Origin: a virus
Lineage: Duplodnaviria; Heunggongvirae; Uroviricota; Caudoviricetes
Reading direction: 5' to 3' (one strand)
IMG/VR virus record: IMGVR_UViG_2698536533_000006
DNA length: 32,602 nucleotides
Below, in pieces: positions 8,638 to 16,504 of this stretch. The notes under the pieces were generated by a model. It was not told the DNA's origin, searched no databases, and saw nothing but the letters and a program-made list of their open reading frames with translations. The position numbers and the translations under genes were made by a program. Within the stretch, counting starts at the first letter, position 1, and every line of letters begins with the position of its first letter.

Positions 8638-8773
8638 GCAAATTGTTGAATGTCCCACCTGTGGAAATGAGGACCCGGAGTATCTGAAAGAGTGCCCACA
8701 TTGTGGTGAGATAAAATGTAACCACTGCGATATGGGCGACGACACTGCATGTATAAATTGTGAGGATGAATAA
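8630..8773 (+). CDS. Zinc-ribbon micro-protein (47 aa, four CxxC motifs); absent from the ORF track
   Basis: My translation: MDEQIVECPTCGNEDPEYLKECPHCGEIKCNHCDMGDDTACINCEDE; CAGGGG about 7 nt upstream of the ATG; stop TAA at 8771-8773. Confidence 0.45.
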   Translation: MDEQIVECPTCGNEDPEYLKECPHCGEIKCNHCDMGDDTACINCEDE

Positions 8774-8774
8774 T

Positions 8775-9062
8775 ATGGAAAAAGAAATCAAATTTGCGCC
8801 TAAATCTATCGACGAAGAACTGGCTAAAATCGGCATGCTTGAACGTATGCGGGACATTATCGAATATGCGATAAAAGAAAATCTTGCAGCCAGAGAAGCC
8901 CTTTTGATAATGGAGCGGGAGATTAACCTGATTAAGGATGCTGTATCTCTGGATAATAAAATAGCCCGCGAGGAATACGTTCGCCGTAGGCTCGGTGTTG
9001 ATGGTTCAGCAATTCTTACATCTGAACATTATGCAAAAATTTTTAATCTTTTTCAGCGGTAA
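8775..9062 (+). CDS. Hypothetical protein (96 aa) in a low-GC segment
   Basis: ATG at 8775 two nt after the zinc-ribbon stop; protein MEKEIKFAPKSIDEELAKIG...; local GC is visibly lower than the flanking phage genes. Confidence 0.5.
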   Translation: MEKEIKFAPKSIDEELAKIGMLERMRDIIEYAIKENLAAREALLIMEREINLIKDAVSLDNKIAREEYVRRRLGVDGSAILTSEHYAKIFNLFQR

Positions 9063-9282
9063 TCCCCATACAGGCCCGGAGATTGTCGAAATGCCAGTCG
9101 GTATTAATATATGAGCCATCCTGGATATCTTCTGCATTTTCCGGGGTAGAGTTTTTTTGAGCGAGATTGATAATATGTATTGCCTCCTCACGGGAAATCA
9201 GCCCCTTATCGAACAGGGTTACCATAAGATTTCCAGCCATTGTGAATGCGGCAACATCAAGTGCATTTTTTATATCTGACAT
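9043..9282 (-). CDS. Hypothetical protein (79 aa), convergent with the early operon
   Basis: Minus-strand ORF with RBS AAGGAAAAA 5 nt upstream of its ATG; 3' end overlaps the 8775..9062 gene by 20 nt; low GC. Confidence 0.45.
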   Translation of the reverse strand: MSDIKNALDVAAFTMAGNLMVTLFDKGLISREEAIHIINLAQKNSTPENAEDIQDGSYINTDWHFDNLRACMGITAEKD

Positions 9283-9310
9283 AGATTTTTCCTTTTATGT
9301 TAATTGACAT

Positions 9311-9338
9311 GGCGGTGCGGTAACACCGCCCATTTTTT
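9311..9338 (+). terminator. Rho-independent terminator-like hairpin upstream of the GemA-like gene
   Basis: GGCGGTG (9311-9317), loop CGGTAA, CACCGCC (9324-9330), then CATTTTTTAT. Confidence 0.45.
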
Positions 9339-9352
9339 ATGGAGCCACGATA

Positions 9353-9865
9353 ATGAATCGCGCTTCCCTGATTACCTTAATACATGTCGCAAAACGCGAT
9401 CTACAGCTTGACCATGATACCTATACATCCGCGCTGCTGGCAGCCACCGGCAAATCCAGTTGCCGTGATATGTCACCCGGTGAGTTATCCCGCGTGCTGG
9501 ATGTTTTCAAAAAACGCGGTTTTAAAGTGCGTCAGAAGCCGGTTAACCGGGCCTTAAAACCGGGTACGGTGACCGCCAAAATTCGCGCCATCTGGAAAGT
9601 GATGCACCGGCAGGGATTTATCTCTGATGGCGGGGAAACGGCCCTTAACCGCTGGGTGAAATCGCAGACGGCCGCGCAGAACGACGGCGAAGGTGTGGCT
9701 AACTGGCAGTGGCTGGAGCAACAACCCGCGCTGGCCTCTGATGTGCTGGAGCGTCTCAAACGCTGGCACCGCCGCAAAATGCTGGCAGCCCTGGATATGT
9801 CGGAACGTGCAGTGATGAGTTATGAGCGTGTTTGCAGGCTGTATGAAAAATCATTCCCCCGTTAA
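9353..9865 (+). CDS. gemA: GemA-like protein (Mu gp16 family)
   Basis: 170 aa; position immediately upstream of the Mor-like gene as in Mu; N-terminus (LITLIHVAKRDLQLDHDTYTSALLAATGKSS) fits my recollection of the gp16 family. Confidence 0.6.
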   Translation: MNRASLITLIHVAKRDLQLDHDTYTSALLAATGKSSCRDMSPGELSRVLDVFKKRGFKVRQKPVNRALKPGTVTAKIRAIWKVMHRQGFISDGGETALNRWVKSQTAAQNDGEGVANWQWLEQQPALASDVLERLKRWHRRKMLAALDMSERAVMSYERVCRLYEKSFPR

Positions 9866-9935
9866 CCCCAAATCCCGCCACAGCGCGGGATTTTTATTTT
9901 AAACTTGCCCTGTGTAATGATGACCGGAGGCGGGT

Positions 9936-10358
9936 ATGGCTGAAACACAGATGAGCATGTTTGGTGACAGCGAACAGCTGCACGCGCTGATTGACCGTCT
10001 GGATGATATTCCTGATGATGAGCTGAAAAAGAACTGGCCCGGCACGCTGCGGGACCTGGTTGATGTGATCAGTGCTGAACTGCACCGTCAGGGGATTGAA
10101 CCTGCTCAGGCGGGAATGCTTGCCCGTAAGGTTGCAGCCGCACAGGCCGGGTACATGGGCGGGCGTGGTTATTATCTCCCGGTCGGTGAATCCCTTTTCA
10201 CCGAACTGCGCAATAATGAAATTTTTTCCCGCTGGAGCCAGGGCGAAAAAATTGAAACCCTGCGCCGCCACTACCAGATGTCAGAGACGCAGATTTACTC
10301 CGTTATCCGCAACCAGCGTCGCCTGCATCAGGAACGCACGCAGCCACGGCTTTTCTGA
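9936..10358 (+). CDS. Mor/C-family transcriptional activator
   Basis: 140 aa; strong RBS GGAGG; acidic N-terminus and C-terminal HTH-like region (IETLRRHYQMSETQIYSVIRNQRRL) resembling Mu Mor and C. Confidence 0.75.
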   Translation: MAETQMSMFGDSEQLHALIDRLDDIPDDELKKNWPGTLRDLVDVISAELHRQGIEPAQAGMLARKVAAAQAGYMGGRGYYLPVGESLFTELRNNEIFSRWSQGEKIETLRRHYQMSETQIYSVIRNQRRLHQERTQPRLF

Positions 10359-10429
10359 TATTCCGCAAATCCTGCCCCCTTTTCCTCACGGTTACGCTGA
10401 CTCAGAGAACACCATGAGACAGCGTAACA
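10359..10429 (+). promoter_or_regulatory. Candidate Mor/C-dependent promoter region upstream of the lysis cassette
   Basis: 71-bp non-coding spacer between the activator gene and the endolysin gene; assignment is by position only, no motif confirmed. Confidence 0.25.
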
Positions 10430-10930
10430 ATGCCAAAACTCCCCGCACCCCTGCGTAAAAAGCTGATTGCCCTTGTTCTGGCCGGAGCCGGGACGTTCAC
10501 CATTGCCACGCACTACACCGGCTACTGGGAAGGGAAAGAAAACACCACGTACATTGATCCCACCGGCACCCCCACCATCTGTTACGGCCATACCGGCCCG
10601 GATGTGAAACCGGGGATGACAAAAACTGATGAAGAGTGTCTGGAGCTGCTGGAAAAGGACATGAAATGGGCCTTTGCGGCTATCGATCGTCATGTTCAGG
10701 TGCCGCTTACCCGTGGTCAGACGGTGGCGCTGGCCTCCTGGATTTTCTGGGCCGGTGAAACGAACTTTCGCAACTCCACGCTCCTGCGCCTTATCAATGC
10801 CGGGCAGATGCCCGCGTCCTGTAAGCAGTATATCCGCTGGATTTATTCAAAGGGGGTAAAACTCCCCGGTCTTGAGGCCCGCCGTTCGGCGGATGAATGG
10901 TTATGTCGTTACGATTTGCCGAAAGTCTGA
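10430..10930 (+). CDS. SAR endolysin (phage lysozyme, GH24-like, with N-terminal signal-anchor)
   Basis: 166 aa; hydrophobic N-terminus LIALVLAGAGTFTIA followed by a catalytic E-x8-D-x5-T-like segment (WEGKENTTYIDPTGTPT). Confidence 0.85.
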   Translation: MPKLPAPLRKKLIALVLAGAGTFTIATHYTGYWEGKENTTYIDPTGTPTICYGHTGPDVKPGMTKTDEECLELLEKDMKWAFAAIDRHVQVPLTRGQTVALASWIFWAGETNFRNSTLLRLINAGQMPASCKQYIRWIYSKGVKLPGLEARRSADEWLCRYDLPKV

Positions 10931-11042
10931 ACCGCTTCTGGCGACCGCTCATGATTGCGCTGCTGTGTGCCGTTGTGCTGCTGCGGGGTGTGCTGTGTCT
11001 GCGGTGAACAATCCCTTACCGGCCCTGATTGCCGGAGGCTGT

Positions 11043-11393
11043 ATGGCGGCGCTGGGGGTGATGAGCGTGCTGGCTGCCGTGGTATGGGGAATGCACCAGA
11101 AGACGCAGCGCCTTGAGGACAATAATCATGTGCTTGTGCGTGAACGGGACGAAGCCCGTCTGGTGCTGGCAAACCAGCAACGCACCCTGCAACTCATTTC
11201 ACAAATCAGCAAGGCGGCCACGAATGAAAAACAGCAGAACATGCAGCACAGCGAGGAACAGCAGAGCATTGTCCGCCGGTCACTGGCAACGGTGCCTGCT
11301 GCCGCTGTGCCTGTGCCTGATGATGTGGCTGACCGGGTGCGGCGGGCCGTCTGTGAAATACGTGCCGGTGAAGCCGGTGCCGATCCCCGCTGA
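11043..11393 (+). CDS. i-spanin (Rz-like inner-membrane spanin component)
   Basis: N-terminal TM segment (ALGVMSVLAAVVWGM) then a coiled-coil-like region; GGAGG before the ATG at 11043. Start is uncertain (upstream in-frame alternatives exist). Confidence 0.55.
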   Translation: MAALGVMSVLAAVVWGMHQKTQRLEDNNHVLVRERDEARLVLANQQRTLQLISQISKAATNEKQQNMQHSEEQQSIVRRSLATVPAAAVPVPDDVADRVRRAVCEIRAGEAGADPR

Positions 11394-11595
11394 ATGGCTG
11401 GCTGACTGCCTGGTCCCTCCCGCGCCGCAGCCGTTCACGTTTGGTGCATCGGTCACTTACAACCTGCAACTGCTGGCGGTGATTAAAAACTGCAACGTGG
11501 ACAAGGCCAGCATCCGCCGTCTGGAGACACAGCGACAGCATGAATTTACTGATATGGCCGGAACGACTGCTGTTCCGGCAGGAAAGACGAAGTAA
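11224..11595 (+). CDS. o-spanin (Rz1-like outer-membrane lipoprotein), begins inside the i-spanin gene in the +1 frame
   Basis: Lipobox LTGC after a hydrophobic stretch (CLLPLCLCLMMWLTGC) and a proline-rich mature region. Start is ATG 11224 or TTG 11269. Confidence 0.5.
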   Translation: MKNSRTCSTARNSRALSAGHWQRCLLPLCLCLMMWLTGCGGPSVKYVPVKPVPIPAEWLADCLVPPAPQPFTFGASVTYNLQLLAVIKNCNVDKASIRRLETQRQHEFTDMAGTTAVPAGKTK

Positions 11596-11605
11596 GGAAA
11601 AAGGT

Positions 11606-11833
11606 ATGGATGATTCAGATTGTGCTCAGGCAGTCATGGAGCGTGCAACAGAACGCGCCCTTTGTGACCGGCTGACACGTAAGCGCCGGGTGGCGGAGAC
11701 ACCGGGCAGGCGTGTATGCGCGGACTGCGGGGGTGACATTCCGGCTGCCCGTCTGGTTGCCGTGCCGGATGCCATCCGTTGTGTGAACTGCCAGAACATC
11801 ATGGAGGCCGGTCATGTGGGTCAGCATCGTTAA
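11606..11833 (+). CDS. DksA/TraR-family C4 zinc-finger protein
   Basis: 75 aa; CADCG...(19 aa)...CVNCQ four-cysteine finger; RBS AAGGAAAAAGG upstream. Confidence 0.65.
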   Translation: MDDSDCAQAVMERATERALCDRLTRKRRVAETPGRRVCADCGGDIPAARLVAVPDAIRCVNCQNIMEAGHVGQHR

Positions 11834-12125
11834 AGATTATGTCGTGCCGATCCTGTCGGCAACGGCCACAGCCGGGGGGATCTTCATGGCGCTGATGCGC
11901 AAAACCTTTGTCCCCCGCGAGGCCTTTGAAAAACTCTCCGACCGGGTTGAGCGGGTGGAGAGCCGGATTTCCGGCCTGCCCACGCAGCAGGAGGTGAACA
12001 GACTCAATATCGAAATCACCACCCTGCGCGGTGAGCTTAAGGCCACCAATGCCACCCTGAAATCCGTCTCCCATCAGAACGAACTGCTGCTGGAGCAGGC
12101 TGTAAGGAAAAAACACAATGAGTGA
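11814..12125 (+). CDS. Membrane-anchored coiled-coil protein (position of Mu gp25)
   Basis: 103 aa; N-terminal hydrophobic segment (VVPILSATATAGGIFMALM) followed by a heptad-like region; ATG overlaps the upstream gene. Confidence 0.5.
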   Translation: MWVSIVKDYVVPILSATATAGGIFMALMRKTFVPREAFEKLSDRVERVESRISGLPTQQEVNRLNIEITTLRGELKATNATLKSVSHQNELLLEQAVRKKHNE

Positions 12126-12408
12126 TTTCATTACTGAAGATCAGCGTCTTGTCATTCTGCGGTCGCTGGCGGATTACAACGGCGAACTGGGCGAATCCGT
12201 GCTTCAGGACTGCCTGGATGATTACGGTCACCGCGTGTCCCGCGACACCGTTCATACCCACATTGCCTGGCTTGCCGAGCAGGGACTGGTGCGTAAGCGC
12301 ACGCTTGTTAACGGTTATTTCATCGCTGAACTGACCGGCCGGGGTCAGGATGTGGCGGAAGGCCGCGCCACCGTTCCGGGTGTGAAGAAACCACGCGCAA
12401 GGGGGTAA
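12118..12408 (+). CDS. Hypothetical protein (96 aa), position of Mu gp26
   Basis: ATG overlaps the upstream stop (ATGA); no recognisable motif. Confidence 0.45.
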   Translation: MSDFITEDQRLVILRSLADYNGELGESVLQDCLDDYGHRVSRDTVHTHIAWLAEQGLVRKRTLVNGYFIAELTGRGQDVAEGRATVPGVKKPRARG

Positions 12409-12410
12409 CG

Positions 12411-12992
12411 ATGGATAAGCCAGCGCGTGGCCGTGTACGCAAGGTGGATTTGCTCCCCGACAGCATCCGTAAGCCGCTGCTGGAAATGCTGCGTGAAAAA
12501 CGTCTGACGCAGGTCCAGATCCGCGAGGAAATCAACCGTCTGATCCGTGAAGCAGGTCTGCCGGAAGAGCAGCAGCTCTCACCGGCGGCCATCAGCCGGG
12601 AAGCCTCCCGTAATGAGCTGATTGCCCGTAATCTGCGTGATTTACGCGAGCAGACAAAAGCCATGATGGCCGAACTGGGGGATAAGCCGACCGGTGAAAC
12701 CACGGCACTGATTCTGGAGATGTCCCGTGCCCTGATGTACCGCCGTCTGCGTGCCGCCACCGAATCCCTGAACAGCGACAGCGATGTGGATATGCGCCTT
12801 ATTAAGGACATCCTCCTGTCGGCACAGCGTGCAGAAAGTGCCGCCGAGCGCAGCATTAAGCGTGAAAAAGAAATCCGGGCCGCATTTGCTGAAGAGATGG
12901 CGAATGCGGTCACCGATGAGTTGCGCGGCGTGGATGGCATGAGCGAGCAGATCGAATTCCGTATCAGGCAGATGCTGCTGGGTAAGGCGTAG
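12411..12992 (+). CDS. Mu gp27-like protein, putative terminase small subunit
   Basis: 193 aa, immediately upstream of the large terminase gene; basic N-terminus. Assignment is by synteny and general resemblance. Confidence 0.55.
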   Translation: MDKPARGRVRKVDLLPDSIRKPLLEMLREKRLTQVQIREEINRLIREAGLPEEQQLSPAAISREASRNELIARNLRDLREQTKAMMAELGDKPTGETTALILEMSRALMYRRLRAATESLNSDSDVDMRLIKDILLSAQRAESAAERSIKREKEIRAAFAEEMANAVTDELRGVDGMSEQIEFRIRQMLLGKA

Positions 12993-13002
12993 GAGGTGAA
13001 TC

Positions 13003-13251
13003 ATGGCAACAGATAACCGCTCACTGATGAGCAGTGCCCATCAGAAAGCATTCAGTCTTGCAACACAGTTACCTCCTGAAACCATAAAGGTATGTCGTGA
13101 GTTGACTGAACTCAGCATTGCCGGGGAAATATCCCTGGAACAACTGCATTCGCTGCTGGCAGAGGCTGCCACTGATGAGTTGAGCGGCGTGGACGTGATG
13201 ACTGAAGAGCTTGAGTCCCGAATCAAAAGCATTCTGACAGGTAAAGCATGA
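13003..13251 (+). CDS. Small protein (82 aa) sharing its C-terminal motif with the upstream gp27-like protein
   Basis: C-terminus DELSGVDVMTEELESRIKSILTGKA versus gp27-like DELRGVDGMSEQIEFRIRQMLLGKA; stop overlaps the terminase start. Confidence 0.5.
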   Translation: MATDNRSLMSSAHQKAFSLATQLPPETIKVCRELTELSIAGEISLEQLHSLLAEAATDELSGVDVMTEELESRIKSILTGKA

Positions 13252-14915
13252 TGAACAAAGCCAGAGAAACGTCGCCTTCACTGATGCAAATGACGCCTCC
13301 CCGCAAAATTGATCTGTCAGGTGAAAAAGCCCTGCTGGGCGTGGATGTGCCGGACAGCCTTGATTTGCCCGGTGATATGCCGGTGTTTCTGGATTATCAG
13401 GCCCGCTGGTTTGCAGATGAAAGTCAGGTCTGCATCGCGGAGAAATCCCGCCGCACCGGTCTTACCTGGGCGGAAGCCGGGCGTAACGTCATTACTGCTG
13501 CAAAACCGAAGCGTCGTGGTGGCCGCAATGTGTTTTATGTGGGATCAAAGCAGGAGATGGCGCTGGAATATATTTCTGCCTGCGCGCTGTTCTCCCGTGC
13601 CTTTAACCAGCTGGCAGATGCTGATGTGTATGAGCAGACATTCTGGGATCGGGATAAAAAAGAAGAAATTTTGACCTACATGATCCGCTTTCCGAACAGT
13701 GGATTCAAAATTCAGGCATTGTCTTCCCGTCCGTCAAACCTGCGCGGCCTTCAGGGGGATGTGGTGATTGATGAAGCCGCGTTCCACGAGTCACTGGATG
13801 AGCTTCTCAAGGCGGCAATGGCGCTCACTATGTGGGGCGCGCGCGTGCGTATTATCTCCACGCATAACGGCGTCGATAATCTGTTTAATCAGTACATTCA
13901 GGAAGCCCGCGAGGGGCGCAAGGATTACAGCGTCCACCGCATAACCCTGGATGATGCCATTGCGGACGGGCTGTACCGTCGTATCTGTTACGTCACCGAT
14001 CAGGAATGGTCACCGGAAAGCGAGCAGAAATGGCGTGATGATCTCTACAAAAACGCCCCGACCCGTGAGGATGCCGACGAGGAATACGGCTGTATCCCGA
14101 AAAAATCCGGCGGTGCCTATATCCCCCACGCGCTTATTGAAATGGCGATGATCCGCGACATCCCGATTCTGACGTTTGAAGCCCCGGACAACTTCATCAG
14201 CCGTGCCGCATGGCTGCGTGAATCGGAAGTTTTAACCTGGTGTGAAGAACATTTAAAACCGCTTTTAGAGAAATTAAATCCCCGTTCCCGCTTCAGCTTC
14301 GGGGAAGACTTTGCCCGCACCGGTGACCTGTCCTGCTTTGTGCTGCTGGAAATCACCGAATCCCTGGCAAAGCGCGAGGTGTTTCGCGTGGAGCTGCGCA
14401 ACCTGCCGTATGCCCAGCAGGAACAGGTGATGATGTACATCCTGACCCGCGTTCCGGCGCTGGTCGGTGCGGCGTTCGACGCCACCGGTAACGGCGGCTA
14501 TCTGGCAGAGGCCGCACTGCTGGCCTTTGGCCCGGACATCATCGACTGCGTGATGTTGTCGCCGAAGTGGTACGGCGAGTGGATGCCAAAACTGAAAGCC
14601 GAGTTTGAAGATCAGAATATCCTCGTCGCCCGCCATCAGACCACGCTTGATGATTTGCGCCATGTGAAGGTAGTGAATGGTATCCCGCAAATCGACAAGG
14701 GGCGCACGAAGGACCAGAACGCAACGGCTGCGAACGCCCGCCGCCATGGTGATTTTGCCGTGGCGCTCTGTATGGCAAACCGGGCGTCATACATGGAGGG
14801 CTTCATCCTGGATGAATCAGCCTGTCAGGCGCTACAGGAGCGGTCGCGGGCAATGGAGGGCGGTTATCGTGATGACGATGAGGCATATCATGAATTTGAT
14901 CGGGGGGGCTGGTAG
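13248..14915 (+). CDS. Terminase large subunit (Mu gp28-like)
   Basis: 555 aa; position and size match Mu gp28; general resemblance to terminase ATPase/nuclease proteins. Confidence 0.8.
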   Translation: MMNKARETSPSLMQMTPPRKIDLSGEKALLGVDVPDSLDLPGDMPVFLDYQARWFADESQVCIAEKSRRTGLTWAEAGRNVITAAKPKRRGGRNVFYVGSKQEMALEYISACALFSRAFNQLADADVYEQTFWDRDKKEEILTYMIRFPNSGFKIQALSSRPSNLRGLQGDVVIDEAAFHESLDELLKAAMALTMWGARVRIISTHNGVDNLFNQYIQEAREGRKDYSVHRITLDDAIADGLYRRICYVTDQEWSPESEQKWRDDLYKNAPTREDADEEYGCIPKKSGGAYIPHALIEMAMIRDIPILTFEAPDNFISRAAWLRESEVLTWCEEHLKPLLEKLNPRSRFSFGEDFARTGDLSCFVLLEITESLAKREVFRVELRNLPYAQQEQVMMYILTRVPALVGAAFDATGNGGYLAEAALLAFGPDIIDCVMLSPKWYGEWMPKLKAEFEDQNILVARHQTTLDDLRHVKVVNGIPQIDKGRTKDQNATAANARRHGDFAVALCMANRASYMEGFILDESACQALQERSRAMEGGYRDDDEAYHEFDRGGW

Positions 14916-16504
14916 TGGGACGCATCATTGATACTGACGGAAAACCTTTCTCCTTTGACCCGGAGATGCAGAGTGCCGCGCTGGATATTCCGCAGATTGC
15001 CAGCCGTTATATTGAACATCCGGCTTCGGGTATCACCCCGAACCGGGCGGCGCAGTGCCTTCGCGGGGCTGAACGTGGCGATCTGATTGCCCAGTCCGAT
15101 CTGGCCGCTGATATTGAAGAAAAGGACACCCACCTTTTTGCGGAGCTGGGCAAGCGACGTCTTGCCATTCAGGGGGTGCCATGGAGTATTGAGCCGCCAC
15201 CGAACGCCAGCGCGAATGAGAAAAAGGACGCGGAAATGCTCGACGAATATCTGCATTCCGCAGACTGGTTTGATGCCATGCTGTTTGACGCCACGGATGC
15301 CATCCTGAAGGGCTATTCCTGCATGGAAATTGAGCACGGGATGCTCGGTAAAATGCACATCATCCGCGCCATCCGCTGGCGTGACAGCGGGCATTTCTGC
15401 CTTAACCCGGATGATTTGAGCGAACTGCGGCTGCGTGACGGCAGCCATGCCGGGGTGGCGTTTCAGCCCTTTGGCTGGATAGTGCATCAGTCGCGTTCAC
15501 GCACCGGCTACGGTGGTGCGACGGGGCTTGTCAGAACGCTTATCTGGCCGTTCATTTTCAAAAACTATTCCGTGCGCGATCTGGCGGAATTTCTGGAGGT
15601 GTACGGCCTGCCAATGAAGGTCGGGAAATACCCGTCCGGGGCAACACCGGAGCAGAAAAGTGCCCTGATGCGGGCGGTGATGGATATCGGGCGACGTACA
15701 GGCGGGATCATCCCGGCCGGGATGTCGCTGGAGTTTCAGGCGGCAGCGAACGGTCAGGCCGATCCGTTTGAAACCATGATTTCGTGGGGTGAGCGTTCCA
15801 TCTCCAAAGCAATACTCGGCGGCACGCTGACCACAGAAGCCGGAGACAAAGGCGCGCGCTCGCTGGGTGAGGTGCATAACGAGGTGCGCCGGGAAATCAG
15901 GGATTCTGATTTACGCCAGCTGGCTGCAACCCTGAACCGCGATCTGGTGTATCCGCTGTATGCCCTGAACACCGCCCACGCCATTGATATCCGTCGCCTG
16001 CCGCGTATCTGTTTCCAGACCAAAGAACCGGGGGATATCACCAAAATAGCCAGTGCGGTGATGCAACTCAGTGCGGGGATGGATATTCCTGATCCCTGGG
16101 TACGGGATCAGACCGGTATTCCACAGCCCACGCCCGGTGAAGCCATATTCCGTGTCCGTCAGAGCAGTAATGAACCGGCCATGCCTGACAGGGAAACGCT
16201 ACCGGAAAAACAGGAAAAGACAGAACAGACGGCGCTTTCAGCCCGACTGCCGGAAGCGAAAAACACGCCGCGTGATGAACTGGACGACATGGGGGACGCG
16301 GTGCCTGCCCGCCGCTTACAGGAGGCCATCGATCCGGTGCTGGAGCCGGTCATTGATGTCATCAGAACGCGGGGGCTGGCGGAGGCACTGGCAGACCTGC
16401 CTGCCCTTTACCGTGAAATGGATGATTCCCGCCTGATGACGCTGCTCAGTGATGCCATGTTTGCTGCGGAAATGAAGGGGATGCTGGATGGCTCAGGGGA
16501 TTGA
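14915..16504 (+). CDS. Portal protein (Mu gp29-like)
   Basis: 529 aa, GTG start overlapping the terminase stop (TAGTG); position after the terminase; acidic C-terminal region. Confidence 0.8.
   Translation: MGRIIDTDGKPFSFDPEMQSAALDIPQIASRYIEHPASGITPNRAAQCLRGAERGDLIAQSDLAADIEEKDTHLFAELGKRRLAIQGVPWSIEPPPNASANEKKDAEMLDEYLHSADWFDAMLFDATDAILKGYSCMEIEHGMLGKMHIIRAIRWRDSGHFCLNPDDLSELRLRDGSHAGVAFQPFGWIVHQSRSRTGYGGATGLVRTLIWPFIFKNYSVRDLAEFLEVYGLPMKVGKYPSGATPEQKSALMRAVMDIGRRTGGIIPAGMSLEFQAAANGQADPFETMISWGERSISKAILGGTLTTEAGDKGARSLGEVHNEVRREIRDSDLRQLAATLNRDLVYPLYALNTAHAIDIRRLPRICFQTKEPGDITKIASAVMQLSAGMDIPDPWVRDQTGIPQPTPGEAIFRVRQSSNEPAMPDRETLPEKQEKTEQTALSARLPEAKNTPRDELDDMGDAVPARRLQEAIDPVLEPVIDVIRTRGLAEALADLPALYREMDDSRLMTLLSDAMFAAEMKGMLDGSGD

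Noticed and set aside
10872-11042. Upstream in-frame extension of the i-spanin ORF starting inside the endolysin gene
   Set aside because: The extension precedes the transmembrane segment and overlaps the endolysin coding region; the ATG at 11043 with an adjacent GGAGG is a better start, though an intermediate GTG start cannot be excluded.
12320-12940. 206-aa minus-strand ORF, and similar long antisense ORFs at 14888..15487, 19172..19735, 26364..27161, 27378..27983 and 30536..31168
   Set aside because: All lie antisense within well-supported, tightly coupled + strand phage genes. Their products are Arg/Ser/Pro-rich low-complexity sequence typical of antisense reading of GC-rich coding DNA, and none has a credible RBS context.
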